Below, one piece after another: positions 42,540 to 56,177 of a stretch of 64,000 nt of DNA. Origin of the DNA: Octopus vulgaris (lineage: Eukaryota); the NCBI GenBank assembly GCA_951406725.2, contig OX597814.1, positions 178,374,001 through 178,438,000 of the forward strand, given 5' to 3'. The notes under the pieces were generated by a model. That model did not search any database and was not told the DNA's origin. It worked only from the letters and a program-made list of their open reading frames with translations. The first letter of the stretch is position 1. The number at the start of each line of letters is the position of its first letter. A program made the translations under genes and the position numbers.

Positions 42540-43989
42540 GCACATTTTGTTTCGAATTTGTGAGAATGTCTATAGAATAATATTTTAGTTGAATAAAGTT
42601 AAAACATAGTCTGGTTTTCACGTCTTTTATTATGGTATTTTAATTAAATTATCGCCTTCATACATAGTGTATTCATCAGATTACAAATGTGTTTAACTGA
42701 CAATTGAGTTCTTGTCAACCTTAGTACCTACATATAGGCGAGACAGGGAAGGCATTACTGGAACGCTCGCGAGTCCACAGACAACAAATCCGGAACACAA
42801 ATGTTCGCTAAATTCCTTTGAGCGAACATATAGAGACATGTGGTTAAGAAATTTTTCTAATTTTTCCTTTCCACAGACTACATGGCACAAGTGATTTTGG
42901 AAGAAAGATAATAGAAATTACGGTTTATTAAAATATTCAAATCTGTTCTAAACGGAAATAGAGCAATTATATAACAACCGGTTAATGATATGGATTAATA
43001 AATATAAACAAGTTACAGAATATCGGTACGCCTGATAAAGGGTGATGTTTAAGAACATGCGGATTGGTCAATAAGATATTCTAAAATAACAGCTGGTTAC
43101 AGTGTTCTAAGAGAAACTAAATTTGTCAAGAACTCAACTGTCAGTTAAAAATTTGAAAATGTTAATTTTGTTAAAATACCATAATAAAAAACGCGTAAAC
43201 CAAATCATATTAAAACTATGTGACGTGTGTACATTTTCTTTCTTTCAATTCTTATATATATTACAACTCACCACATAGGGATAATCAAAATTCATCTCTT
43301 TCCGTTACTATATATATATATATATAAGAACGGGAAAACAATTATACGTTACAACAAGGTCCAGCAAACAAAATAGGCAAGATGAAACGAGTCAAGCAGG
43401 CTTCAACCAGTAAATGAACGATTGAATTGGTGGTCGATGAGTATATAAGACTAACTTTTCAACTGACATCAAAATGTAAAGAAGCTCATAGCTATGAGTC
43501 AATAGAAAAGCCACATAGGGATGAAAGTGATGAGTCATCGTGTGATTTGTGATAGAGTCAGAAATGTAAATTCTTCGAAATAGCATTTCTTAGTCATTAG
43601 AATTATTAATAACCTCTACAGAAGTATTCATTGTAGTGGAAAGCTAGCTGATGAGAAGATAAGATAGTGTACCATACCTTTAAATAGCTTGATGAATTGA
43701 GCTTGCATTAATAGAGAGAGTGTAAGGTGAACCGTGCCAAACTTTAATCAAACATCAAATATCAAACTATATTGTTAAAATGTAGCAACAGAAGTAATCT
43801 ATACTGCTTAGTTTATGGAAATTTAGTATTAAGTGTCGGAGTATATCACATGCCGAGCTTGATTTCAAGTGTTCATTTGTCAGGGACAATGTTTTAAGCA
43901 TGAATGTTATAGTATATAAACCATCCCTGCTCATGTTAACAGCCGGGTATTACAGTTATGGTTAGAACTGATTTTGTTTAAAATTGTAT

Positions 43990-44300
43990 GTGCAGTGGAC
44001 TTATCTATGTTGTCTCGCGAACTGCATCTAGTGTTAACCTCATGTACTCGTATATTAAAGATTCTATGGTGCAGTGAGAAAATCCGTCCTTATTTGCGCC
44101 TAGAAGCCTTAGCTTTGTGAGAAGAGAGATTCAAACTATACACTGGTTTGAACTATATGACTGTCCTGCTTCTTAGTTTATTGTGTTGAAGGGATAGATT
44201 CACTATACTTCAGCCTATCATTTAAGTACTTCTTGTCAGCGTACAATTCTGATGAAGTGCTCCTCCCCCATGTCCTCGTTCGAGAATACACTAAAGAGAT
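43990..44300 (+). mobile_element. Possible highly decayed Penelope-like GIY-YIG 3' end
   Basis: Fragments SGLIYVV, SYIKD and EALAL...GLN in the expected order, followed by CTGATGA-AGTG...CACT-AAA (hammerhead-like, with GAAA mutated). Confidence 0.3.
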
Positions 44301-46336
44301 GCCTATTTTTACATGTCTGATTTATATCAGTATGGTAGAAGGAATAAATAACGTATGTACGCCGAACACTGGGCATTTTGAACCTTGCTACATGCACTTT
44401 ACATTTTGAATCTTATATTCACATTTGATTTGCGTTGATGCAGCATAATGTTGTATATCCCACCTAGCATTATATTGTAATATATTGTGAAATTGTTGAA
44501 ATTAATTTATATTTATTTCATATTTATCAGGTGAAAATTTGTCGTAGTTACTAATACTCATATTCTAAATTATTGTTAACTACGTTTTAAGCTCTTTTGA
44601 TATGTTAAACATTGTATTATCTTAGCTATAAAATCCAGAAGTTTGACAATAGTAAGTCTAACATCTCATATAAATACTACATAGTTGAAACCACGATACG
44701 TTGCGTTCAAACCGCTGAATACTGAAGCCGCGTTGTAAAGATTTTACCGCTGTTTCTTTGACTTAAAAATATTTGATGACACAATCCAAGACATAGGAAA
44801 GAATTCAAGGATATTTCTCAAATTTGTGTAATTTTCGAAGATTTAAAATAATGCTTTTCATATATATCATATAGAATTTTACCGTTGCTTCTTATACTCT
44901 AAATTAATGTAATCCGTCGTTGACTATAGTTGTCGTTTTGAGTCTCGCTTTAGACTTATCAAAAACTATTCTCAGTTATTTTTACTTTGCAGCTTAAAGA
45001 GTGGCTTTAAAAGTCATTCGTTTACTTTCTAGAGAAAGTTAAAATATTTATATTTCAGATTATAAAACATAGAAAACTTACAAAAAACTGTGACATTCTT
45101 TGTTTTATTTATCATGCTTGCTTCAAAGAAGGCTGTATGATAAACTTTAAAAATATTTTCTTTCAATGTTGTAGTGTATACGTGATAAATACACTCTCAT
45201 TTCTTCACCGGTGCGTTCGACAGCGAGTGGTTTTTCACATTTAATATAATTCCATGAAGAAAAAATCCAGACTCACATGAATACAATGTTGAAAATTGAA
45301 TTAAAATAGTCTAAGTTCTTTTAGTTACTGATGGATATTTTCCTCTGAAGGAAAACCAAATCTATGCAAGAGATTAAACATTATATTTGGTTTTTGGTCT
45401 ACTATCAGTGGAAATCAAAGTCAATTTTTCCCTCAGATAATTTCAAACCAACATAAGTTAGAATTTCCATGAAAGGGCTTCCATCGGATTGTATTTCTCT
45501 TTGTTTAATGGTGGAATATAAAAGCTCAAATTCTCTTCTAAAGTTGTCAAATATGGAACTGTGTTAAAAGCCATTTCCTGTATATATCCTTTATTTTCAC
45601 TTCGTTTGGTAAAAGCATCTCTACTGAAAATACATTTAATATGAATTTTCTAAAAAAAAAAAACGTATGTTTAACAGTCGTCTTTTTTAAAAAGAAATGA
45701 AGACGATACTTTACATGACTTGATGTAAATATCATTTGAATTCAACTCCCAATGATTTTGCAGCCAAAGTCTCTCTATGTAGAAAACTGAGAATTATAAT
45801 AAAATCCAAACTGCCGTATCTTCACAAATACTGTATGCTCTTTCCTGCAGCCTTCGATATCACCAAAGCAAGCAAAGCAAATACAAACACATAGCAATTC
45901 TCATTTTTAAGGTAGTCTATTGGCTTATCAAATTTGAAAGCAAAATTTCAATATTTATACTCATTCGGTTACACATTCTTCCCGATACTTGCAGACAGGT
46001 AAAAACGTATTCCTAAAGTGAATCATGTGTGACACGAATTTACTAATTTCTTTTATGGGTATGTGTGTATGTAAGTATGTATGTATTAAGGTCCGACCTG
46101 AAACTGTGCAAAAGGCAATGCAATGGAAATTGAAATATTTGTATGAAAACGAGGATGGAAACAAAACAGCATGTTCCATATTACGTTAATTTCTATTACG
46201 GAGATGTACTTGCATAGCAAGTGACCTGATCTGAGATCGTGTGCTGGAACGAAAATAATTGCAGCATGGATGGTGTTAATAAGCCATTTAAGAAACATAC
46301 ATAAACCGTTAGATTCACTTCAACATCTAAATTTAA

Positions 46337-46387
46337 TTTGTCAAAATATTTTCGTCGCTCTGAGATCGCGACCTGTTCACTGACAAA
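46337..46387 (-). ncRNA. Minimal type I hammerhead ribozyme candidate with G3-C8 core
   Basis: TTTGTCA GTGAACA G GTCGC GATCTCAGA GCGAC GAAA ATATT T TGACAAA: 7-bp stem I, 5-bp stem II, palindromic AATATT stem III. Confidence 0.65.
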
Positions 46388-46549
46388 ATTCCGATTTTTG
46401 GTCAATTTCTATATTTCGGCGTTAATATCTCTTCGTTAGAAGAAAATGGAGGATGGTTTCGAGTTGGAATCTTTTGTTCAGATATGTGGGAGGGGAAGGT
46501 TTTAAAAATTGTGAGTAGAATAGTATAGTTGTAATAAGCAATATACTTC

Positions 46550-48300
46550 GTGTATATCTGAACTATTGTTGATCGGTAATTTTAGTTTAGGAATGAGAAG
46601 TCCAACTGCCAATATTAGCTGCTAAGTCCCGACTATAGCACATCTGTAGATGGTTTTTGAATGATGTGTTTATTTGATAAAGTTATGTAGCTTTTGGCTA
46701 GAATGTGCTATATAGTGACCTCAACATTTAGCGCAGTTTAGTTCTTGTAGATCTTCAAACACATGTTGATGTGGAAACGGACCAGTGTGCACGTTGCATA
46801 GTGCATAGTTGTGTATTGACGGATTTGTAGAGAGGAAATTCGCAAAGAAAAGAGCGGTGTGTATCATTTGTATGTTCAGGTATTCTCTACTGATCACTCG
46901 TTGATTACAGCAAGATTGGGCATTCTTAGGAAGCACAAGGTATCTCTGGAAGTGTGAACCTCCGTTTAATGCATACATGCTTTTAGGTATTGGGGCAAAA
47001 TATGGCGGGTAGCCGTTATTTCATAGCCTTTGGAATAGCTTTTGTTCTAGGCTTGATCTTCTGCCTCACAGAACCTATTGATTATCCGGGAAATTTAGTT
47101 TTGTATGAAGATACTTTGGTTATTGCGACGTAGTTCAACTCGCAGAGCACAAGCAGACACCTCTTGGCCGCTTTCGTGAAGAATTTGTGAATAATGACCC
47201 CCACCTCAATATATAAATAAAAATGCATAGATACGAAACCGGTTTCCACTCGCTTCTCGATTTCAAACTCAAGATTACGGGACGGGGAAAGACAAAAATA
47301 TGCACAAAGCATATGGCTTATTATAACCGAAAATCTTTTGAAAACCGTCTGCGGTCATGTGCAGGTGAAACATTCTGTCAACTGCACTTCATTATACTCT
47401 AATATTTGGTGTATGGCTCTTTGTAAGTTCCTAGCATAATTTTTGGTAAAATTCATCTTATTTTTGTTAGAATAGTGTTAAGAAACTAAGTGATTGACGT
47501 AAATGCTTTTTCTATTCACCAGTTTCAGCTTTACAAAACGCTTTCTATGTGTCTATGATGTATCGAAATTGCCTTTACATGTATTAATCTCTCTAAGAAA
47601 ACACCCATTAATTTTCCCACATGATGGTGACGGCTATGGTTGATTTTTTTGCTGAGTTTTAGATTGAATTGTCAAGTAGTGGCTTGTACCACTTTACATT
47701 ATTCTCCCTACTTTTCTTCGGATTGTTATTCGTTGCTAATCGTGAATTCTGTGGCAGCATTTTATCATTACCTGCTCTTGTGGTCCTTTAGTTAAATTTT
47801 GATTCCAGCTTGGAGATTTAGATGTTCAGGTTAGAATACACATGCTTATATGATGGGCATTTTCCTAAATGGCTCTTCTGAATATAAATTATGTTAAGCG
47901 TAAATCTGTTGAATTTACCGTTGTCATATCCCCTTCAAACTAAATTTCAGCAATGCTCTTCAATGTTCACATGCATAGATTCTTTTGACTGATTTCATTT
48001 CTAAGATTTATGTTTTACTGACTATGAAGAAATCACTTTTTGCTGTACTAATTTTATGGTCTTTTAGTTCAATGAAGCTTGGCTTTTAACGATACAGATT
48101 AGTTTATGATAAATGTTGTGTATTGTGCTATGGTTCGGTGTTTATTTATTTCTATATGCTGTGGTGTATTTTTTCTAACAACTTCTAATGCTTTTGTGTA
48201 AGATATTTCTGAAAAAGTATCTTTGCATATCTTGCATAAGTTACTTGTTTTGTCAGCACATGTGAATAAGTTTTTAGAGAATTTCATTATCTTTTTTGTA
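46550..48300 (-). mobile_element. Probable decayed Penelope-like retroelement body
   Basis: LFTCADKTSNLCK resembles the ADK(T/G)N motif preceding PLE reverse transcriptases; the rest is too decayed to read; a hammerhead motif lies just downstream. Confidence 0.4.
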
Positions 48301-49315
48301 TCGGATTTAGTTTTTATATTTGAATGTTATGCTTTGCATCCGAGTTATACGTTTTATAACCTTGGATAGAAAATCTATAAAACGTATTCTTATGTACTAG
48401 GAAAAATATACATCTTCTTATTTGTTGTAAAAAAAATAGCTATATATTTTATTTATATCTGAGAATATACAATCTATAAATCCTATAAAAACTGCGAGGT
48501 TTACTGGCGCAGAAAACAAAAATGAAGGAAGAATTATCGAATTTGAGAGCAATAAGCTGGGACCAGAAAAACTGTCCAATACGATAATCTTTGCAAGCTG
48601 ATAACCTGTATGTCACTAAAATTGTCATAAGATTTTATTTTTTCAGAAGAAATGCATGTTGGATAAAGAAACTGGAGATATTTATCTTCATGTAACTCAT
48701 GTTCAACTTTAACTCTTTTCATATGACACACACTCAACTTTGCTTACATACGCATACAAAAGCACAGGCATATACATGCATATATATATTTATATAAAAT
48801 GCACAAAGCTTGCATAGTTTTGATATATTTTAAATGAAAGAGTATTGTGGTTGTCGACCGGTTTTTCTTTGGCGAATCATGACATTGAAATTATTGTATT
48901 TCGTATTTTCTTAAGTAGATTTTAGTTGATATTCTTGTATGAAAGTTTATGAATATATCAACAAATAGAAAAACTTGAGGAGAGGTAAATGGTGATAGTT
49001 ATTACTTGGGAGAGGGTGGTAATTGTTCATTTTTGGTGTAGGATAATTAAAAATACAAAACTCATAAGCTGAAGCTGTGAGATGAAATATGTACAGTGAT
49101 AGATATGTGATAATGTATTAAATATATACTGAGACCAAGGTTTTTTATGTGTTCATATTTAGTCATGTTCAGTATTTTTCAATAAACAAATTTATTTTTC
49201 GATAAACAAATAATACCATCACAGGTGGCGGTAACAATAAAATTACACTTGTCTTCGCGACGCTCAACAAGAAATCCTGATTTCAAGATATTTTCATTTC
49301 TTCCAAAATTATTTT

Positions 49316-49336
49316 TATCTATCTATCTATCGATCG

Positions 49337-49416
<80 letters not shown>
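49316..49416 (+). repeat. (TATC)n microsatellite
   Basis: Directly visible; a second (TATC/TGTC)n array is at 50752-51003. Confidence 0.95.
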
Positions 49417-49417
<1 letters not shown>

Positions 49418-49559
49418 ACTTTCTCTTTCTTTCTTTCTTTCTTTCTTTCTGCAAGCGTTCTTATTTGTTTGCATTTATTACCCGTTTCTTTCTATAAACT
49501 TTCTTCATTCATTCTTATTAATTTCATTTTGACAGTTCAGCTACAAAAAATGGGAAATT

Positions 49560-50213
49560 ATGATTTTCACACAAAAAAAACCTCGCATTTTTTGCGTGGA
49601 ATCAAGGACCCTGACTTCCTAATATGCTGCAAACTCCTTATTTTTGTTCGGAAAAAAGGATGGGGGGAACTGGACTCCCCCCATATTCCGGAATCATTGG
49701 AATGTTTTTTCGTTGAATGAATTCCGGGGACCTCCTAGTATGCTACAAAACCCTTTTCTGTGTCCGGAAAATGGGGTAGGGTTAGCTGGAACCCTCAGAA
49801 CTTTCACCCCCATCCTCATTGATCTTTTCTCTTGTACGATTTTCACTAGAAAAAGAAAAAAATCTCGGATTTTTTGCGTAGAATCAAGAACCCTGACCGC
49901 CTAATATGCTGCAAACTCTCAGAAATTTCACCCCACCCCCATTTTCAATGTTTGGATTACATTAGATTGAAAATTCAAAGAAATCTGAAATGAATAAGTG
50001 AAAATGCAGAGGTTATAGAAGTTAGTGTGGAAACGGGAGTAAAAATATAATATTAACAAAATATCTTTTTCCTACCACTTAAAATCACTGAATATAACAT
50101 ATATAATAATCCCGAATAGATATTCCTGGCTTGCCAGTCCTCAGTCAAATTGTCCAACCCATGCCAGATTTGGAAAGCAGACGTTAAACGATGATGGTGA
50201 TGATGATGTATAA

Positions 50214-50254
<41 letters not shown>

Positions 50255-50720
50255 TGATAATTTGTTACCCATTCAATGTTTAGGTAAACTTCATCACCCA
50301 CTCCCTCACTCTTTCTTTCTCTCTCTCTCTTTCTCTCTCACTCACTCAATCACTTTCTCTCTCTGACCATGCAAAAATAAAACACATCTAAGTTTGGCGC
50401 AGAAATGTGTTTTATACTTTTTTTGTATTTTAGTGAAAATCATGCAGGTGAAAAGATCAATTTTAAATTTCCCAGGCTTCCGCCTCACTCCACCCCGTTT
50501 TCCAGACCCCAAATATGATTTTGTAGCATATTAGGTCACCGGTATTCATTCAACGAAAAAAATTCCAGTGATACAGGGATATGGGGGGGGGTCCACCCTT
50601 TTTTCCAAACAAAAATAAGGGGTTTGCAGCATATTAGGAGGTCAAAGTTCTTGATTTCACGCAAAAAAAAAACCCGTATTCTTTTTTCTGAGTGAAAATC
50701 GTGCGGGTGAAAGAATCAAA
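49560..50720. repeat. Imperfect ~300-bp inverted repeat pair (about 49560-49860 and 50420-50720)
   Basis: Blocks such as CTAATATGCTGCAAAC, TTTTCGTTGAATGAAT and TGCTACAAAA have reverse complements in mirrored order in the second arm. Confidence 0.85.
50125..50207 (+). mobile_element. 3' tail of a SINE/LINE ending in (GAT)n
   Basis: GTCCAACCCATGCCAG..TGGAAAGCAGACGTTAAACGATGATG is a stem-loop plus short tandem tail typical of non-LTR 3' ends; single copy in the window. Confidence 0.6.
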
Positions 50721-50752
50721 TACTCCCCAAAAATGGGGTTTAGGTATTCTTC

Positions 50753-50819
<67 letters not shown>

Positions 50820-50864
50820 GTCTGTCTGTCTGTCTATCTATCTCTCTATCTCTCTATCTATCTC

Positions 50865-50991
<127 letters not shown>

Positions 50992-51229
50992 GTCCATCTA
51001 TCTAAGCGTTCTCATTTGTTTTAACTCATATTTCTTTCATTGATGATTCTGACGTGAATATGATACATTTCTTTCTGCAAAGGTTCTTATTTGTTTGAAG
51101 CTATTATCCTTCTGCTTCTCTGTGCCTACAACGACAATTTGATTCCGTAAGAAGCTGATTTTAAAAGTACATTTATTTAGGTATCCTATTCTTATATCAT
51201 ATTTCGACGAGGAAAGAAGAAAGAAAACA

Positions 51230-54200
51230 TCTGGGTGGTCTATAGATTATAGGAAAAGAGCGTGGCTAAGCAGGCGACATAATGAATCGGACGCTCGGAC
51301 AGCTGAGCAGAACAGCGGGAAAGAGACAGAAGCATGAGACAGCTTGAATCGGACAATCAGAGAGCTGAGCATCTGGCAAAACAGAGGGAGAGATCCAGAG
51401 GCAGTCGATATCAAGATTCGGACATTTAGTGATATGAACGTCTTACTCGACAAAATATTGCGAATATACCAAGGACAGTTCAAAGACGTGACTTATCTGC
51501 TGATGTTGGAGAAATGAATAAGATCTGTGTCTATTGCCATGCAGTGGTTTTTCATGGTGAAATTGCTAACTTTTGCTGTATGAATGGAAAAGTCAAGCTG
51601 GAGAATATTCAGCCTTTACTCCCAGGAACTTCACATTAGGCGCAGGAGTGGCTGTGTGGTAAGTAGCTTGTTTACCAACCACATGGAAACGGGTTCAGTT
51701 TCACTGCGGGGCACCTTGGGCAAGTGTCTTCTACTATAGCCTCGGGCCGACGAAAGCCTTGTAAGTGGATTTGGTAGACGGAAACTGAAAGAAGCCCGTC
51801 GTATATATCTATATATGTATATGTGTGTGCATGTGTTTGTGTGTCTGTGTTTGTCCCCCTAGCATTGCTTGACAACCGATGCTGGTGTGTTTATGTCCCC
51901 GTTACTTAGTGGTTTAGCAAAAGAGACCGATAGAATAAGCACTGGGCTTACAAAAGAATAAGTCCTGGGGTCGAGTTGCTCGATTAAAGGCGGTGCTCCA
52001 GCATGGCCGCAGTCAAATGACTGAAACAAGTAAAAGAGTAAAGAGAGAGTAAAGAGAGAATTCATTTAGTACTGATCAACCTACAGCAATAAGTTCAGAA
52101 GGAACCTTAAACAATACAACTGTCTGTTCCAAATGACATATTTTGGCACTCAAGAACGTTGTTCCCCAAGGAGTAGATGGAATCCTGCCATCGTTATTCA
52201 GGGTCAAATTCATCATTACATCGGTTCATTAACTCCTAATTCCAGTGAACAACGCCAATTTCTTCAAATTTACTTTTTGGGTCCTCAAGATATAGTCGAT
52301 TTCACGATGAGGATACTACATAACGATAATATTAAGTGCGACATAGTTGAATTAATGGAATTTATACTCAAACAATATAACCCGTCATTTAGAATGGCAA
52401 AACGAGAACTTACAAATATTCCCGAAGCTACGATTATTATTGATCCCGATCAGAGACCAGCAATAGGATATGAGAGAAGATTCAATGCACAAACTGCAAA
52501 CGAAGTTGCGGTTGTTATAGAAAACAGCCCTGGAAATCAAGCAACGGCATAGCCTATTGACTTGAAAGAAAAAGGCGGACAACTACAAATAATCTCAGAA
52601 TCCCATCGGTCTTATAACAGTCTTCAGTATGTTCTGCTTTTTTTTCCTTTTGGTGATCTGGTGGGGGGGCATCCTGATCTGCTAATGAGTAACAAAAAAA
52701 AGAAAATGTTGACGCCAATGCATTACTATGCCTATCGAATAATGAGCCATGACAATGAATTCAACCAACTTCTCAGAGGCGTTCGTTTATTTCGGCAATA
52801 TTTGGTTGAGATGGCTGCGAAGATTGAATGACATAGGCTGCGTTACATTCGATTTAATCACTGTGATTTACAACATACAAGGGCCTTATCGACGCATCGA
52901 ATGATGATGACGATTTTCGCAACATCGGAGGCAAATCAAACTCTCTTCGACATTTGTCAGTGGACAGAGGCATATGATGGAGCGATGCCAAGATGCCATG
53001 ATGTACATACGGAAATACGGCAATGCTTCGTTCTCTATCACAATGACATGCAATCCAAACTGGCCCGAAATCCGGTAAAGCCTATTCCCGAATCAGAAGC
53101 CGCATGACAGGCCAGATTTAATTGCCAGAATATTTGACCTGAAACGGAAAATGCTCATAAAGTATTTTACTGGAGTAGATGGCTCATTTGGCCTAGTTTA
53201 TGAGTTCCCTGTTGAATATCAAAAGCGAAGTCTTCCCCATACACACTGTTTGCTATGGCTCAATGAAGCCGCCAAGCCCAGGTCGCAGAAATATTGGTAA
53301 ATTCGTTCAAGCCGAAATACCAGATCCAAACAAATATCCAGAGGGTCATCAATTGGTGCTAAAGCACATGATCCATGGTCCCAATTGCTCTAATAATTCG
53401 CCGAGTTGGAAACATGGAATAAGCAGCAATCAGTACCCTAAGCCTTTCTATAAGCATATGTTGTGTGGAGAAGATAGTCTCCAGGATTTGCAGGGTATCA
53501 AGAAGTAAGGGAAAGACGGAATATAAGGTCACAATGGGTAGTTCCCTACAACATGTAACTATTAAAACTGTTCAACTGCCTCCAAAATGTAGAGATATGC
53601 TCTTCCGTCAAATCAATCAAATATTGTTATCAAATATACCATGAAGGGCAGTGATCAAACAACGTTTAGTGTGAACAGAGAAGATGATATGACACCATAT
53701 TTAACAGGAAGAAACATCCTTCAGAAGATGTTGCCTTAGTACTCGGATTTACAATTCATGAGAGGGCACCAGCTATAGTTCGGCTTCAAGTTCATCTACC
53801 TGAGGAAAATCAAATCTTCTTTCGGGACAATGCTGCTGTTACAGTAAACGATAACATGCGTAGGACATGGATATTTGTGCTCGCGATCCATTTGCAAAAA
53901 GTTTGTAATATGCCGATGTGCCAAGGTTTTATACTTGGAGTAACAAGACATGGCAAAGAAGGAACGTGGGGAAAAGTGTTGACCAGTATCCAGAGATTTT
54001 TGAGGCAAGCGTTTTGGGATGACCATATAGTGTTTCTCCACGAAGTGGTGAACTGTATTAGTTAATACTTCTGCATCAAAGGGTCAGTATCGTTTAACTC
54101 TTTGAAAATGTGTGATGGACAACTATTGCCATTATTTGCTTCAATTCGATGATCATTGGCACCAGACACTGGAAGATGCTGAGTGAATAAGGCTTCCCCA

Positions 54201-54490
54201 AACCATGAGAGATCTATACATTGTCCTCCTCACAAATACGGAAATTAACAATTCCAGTGCTTTACGGGCTCGATTTAGATATTCGCTGTCTGAGGATTAC
54301 CTTCAAATAGAGAAGAATGCTACTAGAAACATTAATCTTTTGATTAGCGAGAGACATAATGATCAATGTCATTTCCTCACTAAACATTTCATTGATATGG
54401 CGAGAGCTTCAGCTGCTTGACTTCCTTTTCTGAAGTTGAATAGCAAAATTGCTCGAATATCGCTCTTTGACAGATCCATTTCCGATGATT
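51230..54490 (+). pseudogene. Helitron Rep (RepHel N-terminal half), decayed
   Basis: CVYC...FCCMNGKV zinc motif, QGQIHHYIGSL..FLQIYF, RRFNAQTANEVA, RLFRQYLVEMAAKIE; Rep motif 1 ITMTCNPNWPEI, motif 2 EYQKRSLPHTH (HUH), motif 3 KY..KYTMKGSD; many stops and frameshifts; no PIF1 helicase seen. Confidence 0.92.
51638..52058 (+). mobile_element. SINE family B inserted in the Helitron
   Basis: Full-length match to 31865; lies between two Helitron coding blocks. Confidence 0.93.
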
Positions 54491-56177
54491 AATTCTATAA
54501 TTGTCCACAGGCGACTATACAAATAGGGGACACACAAGGAGGCAGGGGGTGATTTATTGCGATTGATGATGACATGTGAGTAAAAATTTAATTATAAATA
54601 AATATATAAAACGAATGAAGAATAATTATGAAAAATGGAGACTGGATTCGACCCTACAAATCACGTACCACCACTGTACCTTTTGACTTCCCTTACGGGG
54701 TCACATTTACTCTCAGCATGTACGCTATATTTTGCCATCATTCTCGAACACACTCAGAGGCAGGCAGCTCTTCTTCAAGCATATTTTCCTTTTGAGTTGG
54801 CAAACAAAGTAGTTTACCAACCGTCCGCTGGAGATGAAGTCGCTTGTCTCTGCTTCTCTCAAACGCAACCTCCATACCACCTCTTTCGCAATCGCTATTA
54901 CCGCTATGAAACAAACCTTCCTTTGCCTTGAAAGGGAGGGAGGTGGAACAGTTTTTATTATAGACACGTAAGACAGCTGTACTCTTCCTAAACATGGCAA
55001 CACGTGTTCGGCATAAACCCACATCTCCGATATCCTTCGACATTGCACAATGGTGTGTAGAACAGTTTCACTGTTCTGCTCGCATTTTGGGAAAGGAGGC
55101 TGGCAAGAATAGCTGTGCTTAGCGAGTTTATCCCGAACTGCCAAGGCTCCTCGGTAACATTGCCAAGCACAGGTCCCGCTCCGAATGTTTTTCGGAACAA
55201 ACCAGCAAGCTAACCTTCATCGAAGTGTGACGATGTCCAGCGGGTGGGGAAGCTTTTGGTTTCATTGGTGGAGGGTATTGAGATCTTATGTGCCCATTTT
55301 GGCCGCACTTAAGACATCTTGGCTTTCTGGCCTCCGCCATTACTCTCAGGATCGTTTCCTCACTCACCCGTATGGTACCTGCAATCAATTCGATGTCATC
55401 TTGGGAAGCCTGTAGTAACATTTGACCCGACCAATTTTGTTGATGAATTTTCATGGCATGGAGGATTGTCACTTTATCCTACAAACCAAAAACGATGGTG
55501 GCCACCAGCCTGGCTGCGTCGACCTCCGGTGCGATTTTTCCTATCATCACCTTGGAAGTTCGCCTTCTCGAGGGGTTAGGTAGGATTACCACTTCGTTCG
55601 ATTTCAGAGGTAACGCTCAGCGTTCGCTGGCCTTGTCTTCACATGCGAACCGCACCTCTATTGTTGCGAACCGATTATCTCTGGTGAGATGCACAACATC
55701 ATGCTAGATTGGCGGCAGGCATTTTCCCGCCTGTCCCTTGGTAATTCTTCACAGTTTTTTTTCTTTAGCAGTATCATGCGTCAACTCACTGGGAGTGATA
55801 CGTTTGATTTCATACCCCTCTCTTAGAAGCATTCCTTTAAACTTGCCTAGTTCTTGGTTTTCTAGTTTCTAGCCTTCCCTGTTGACGCAGGTACAGGTGC
55901 AAAGTTGTTTACGTTTTGTTTACTACCTGTAATTTTCATTTCTTTTGTGTCTTTCAACAATTTTCTGTTCAACTCCTGAACTTGTTGGCTCAAATCTTCG
56001 TTCGACGAAGATACGTCTGATGAACATGATGAGAAAATAATATTCAAAAACGGAAAAAAAAGTCAGTAAAATAAGGTTTCGAAACAAACACAATAAAAGT
56101 GGGACAAAACGGTAATTCTTCCAACAATAGTTTCAACAAAAATCACAATAATTACCAAAATGACATCCAAACCAACC
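54491..56177 (-). mobile_element. L1/Tx1-type LINE derivative: 5' UTR + ORF1 + ORF2 C-terminus, lacking EN/RT
   Basis: TSD GAT(C/T)CATTTCCGATGATT at 54473-54490 / 56178-56195. ORF1 zinc knuckle CLKCGQNGHIRSQ(Y)P; ORF2 C-terminal (F)PKCEQNSETVLHTIVQC..ISEMW and IAKEVVWRLR. Confidence 0.85.
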
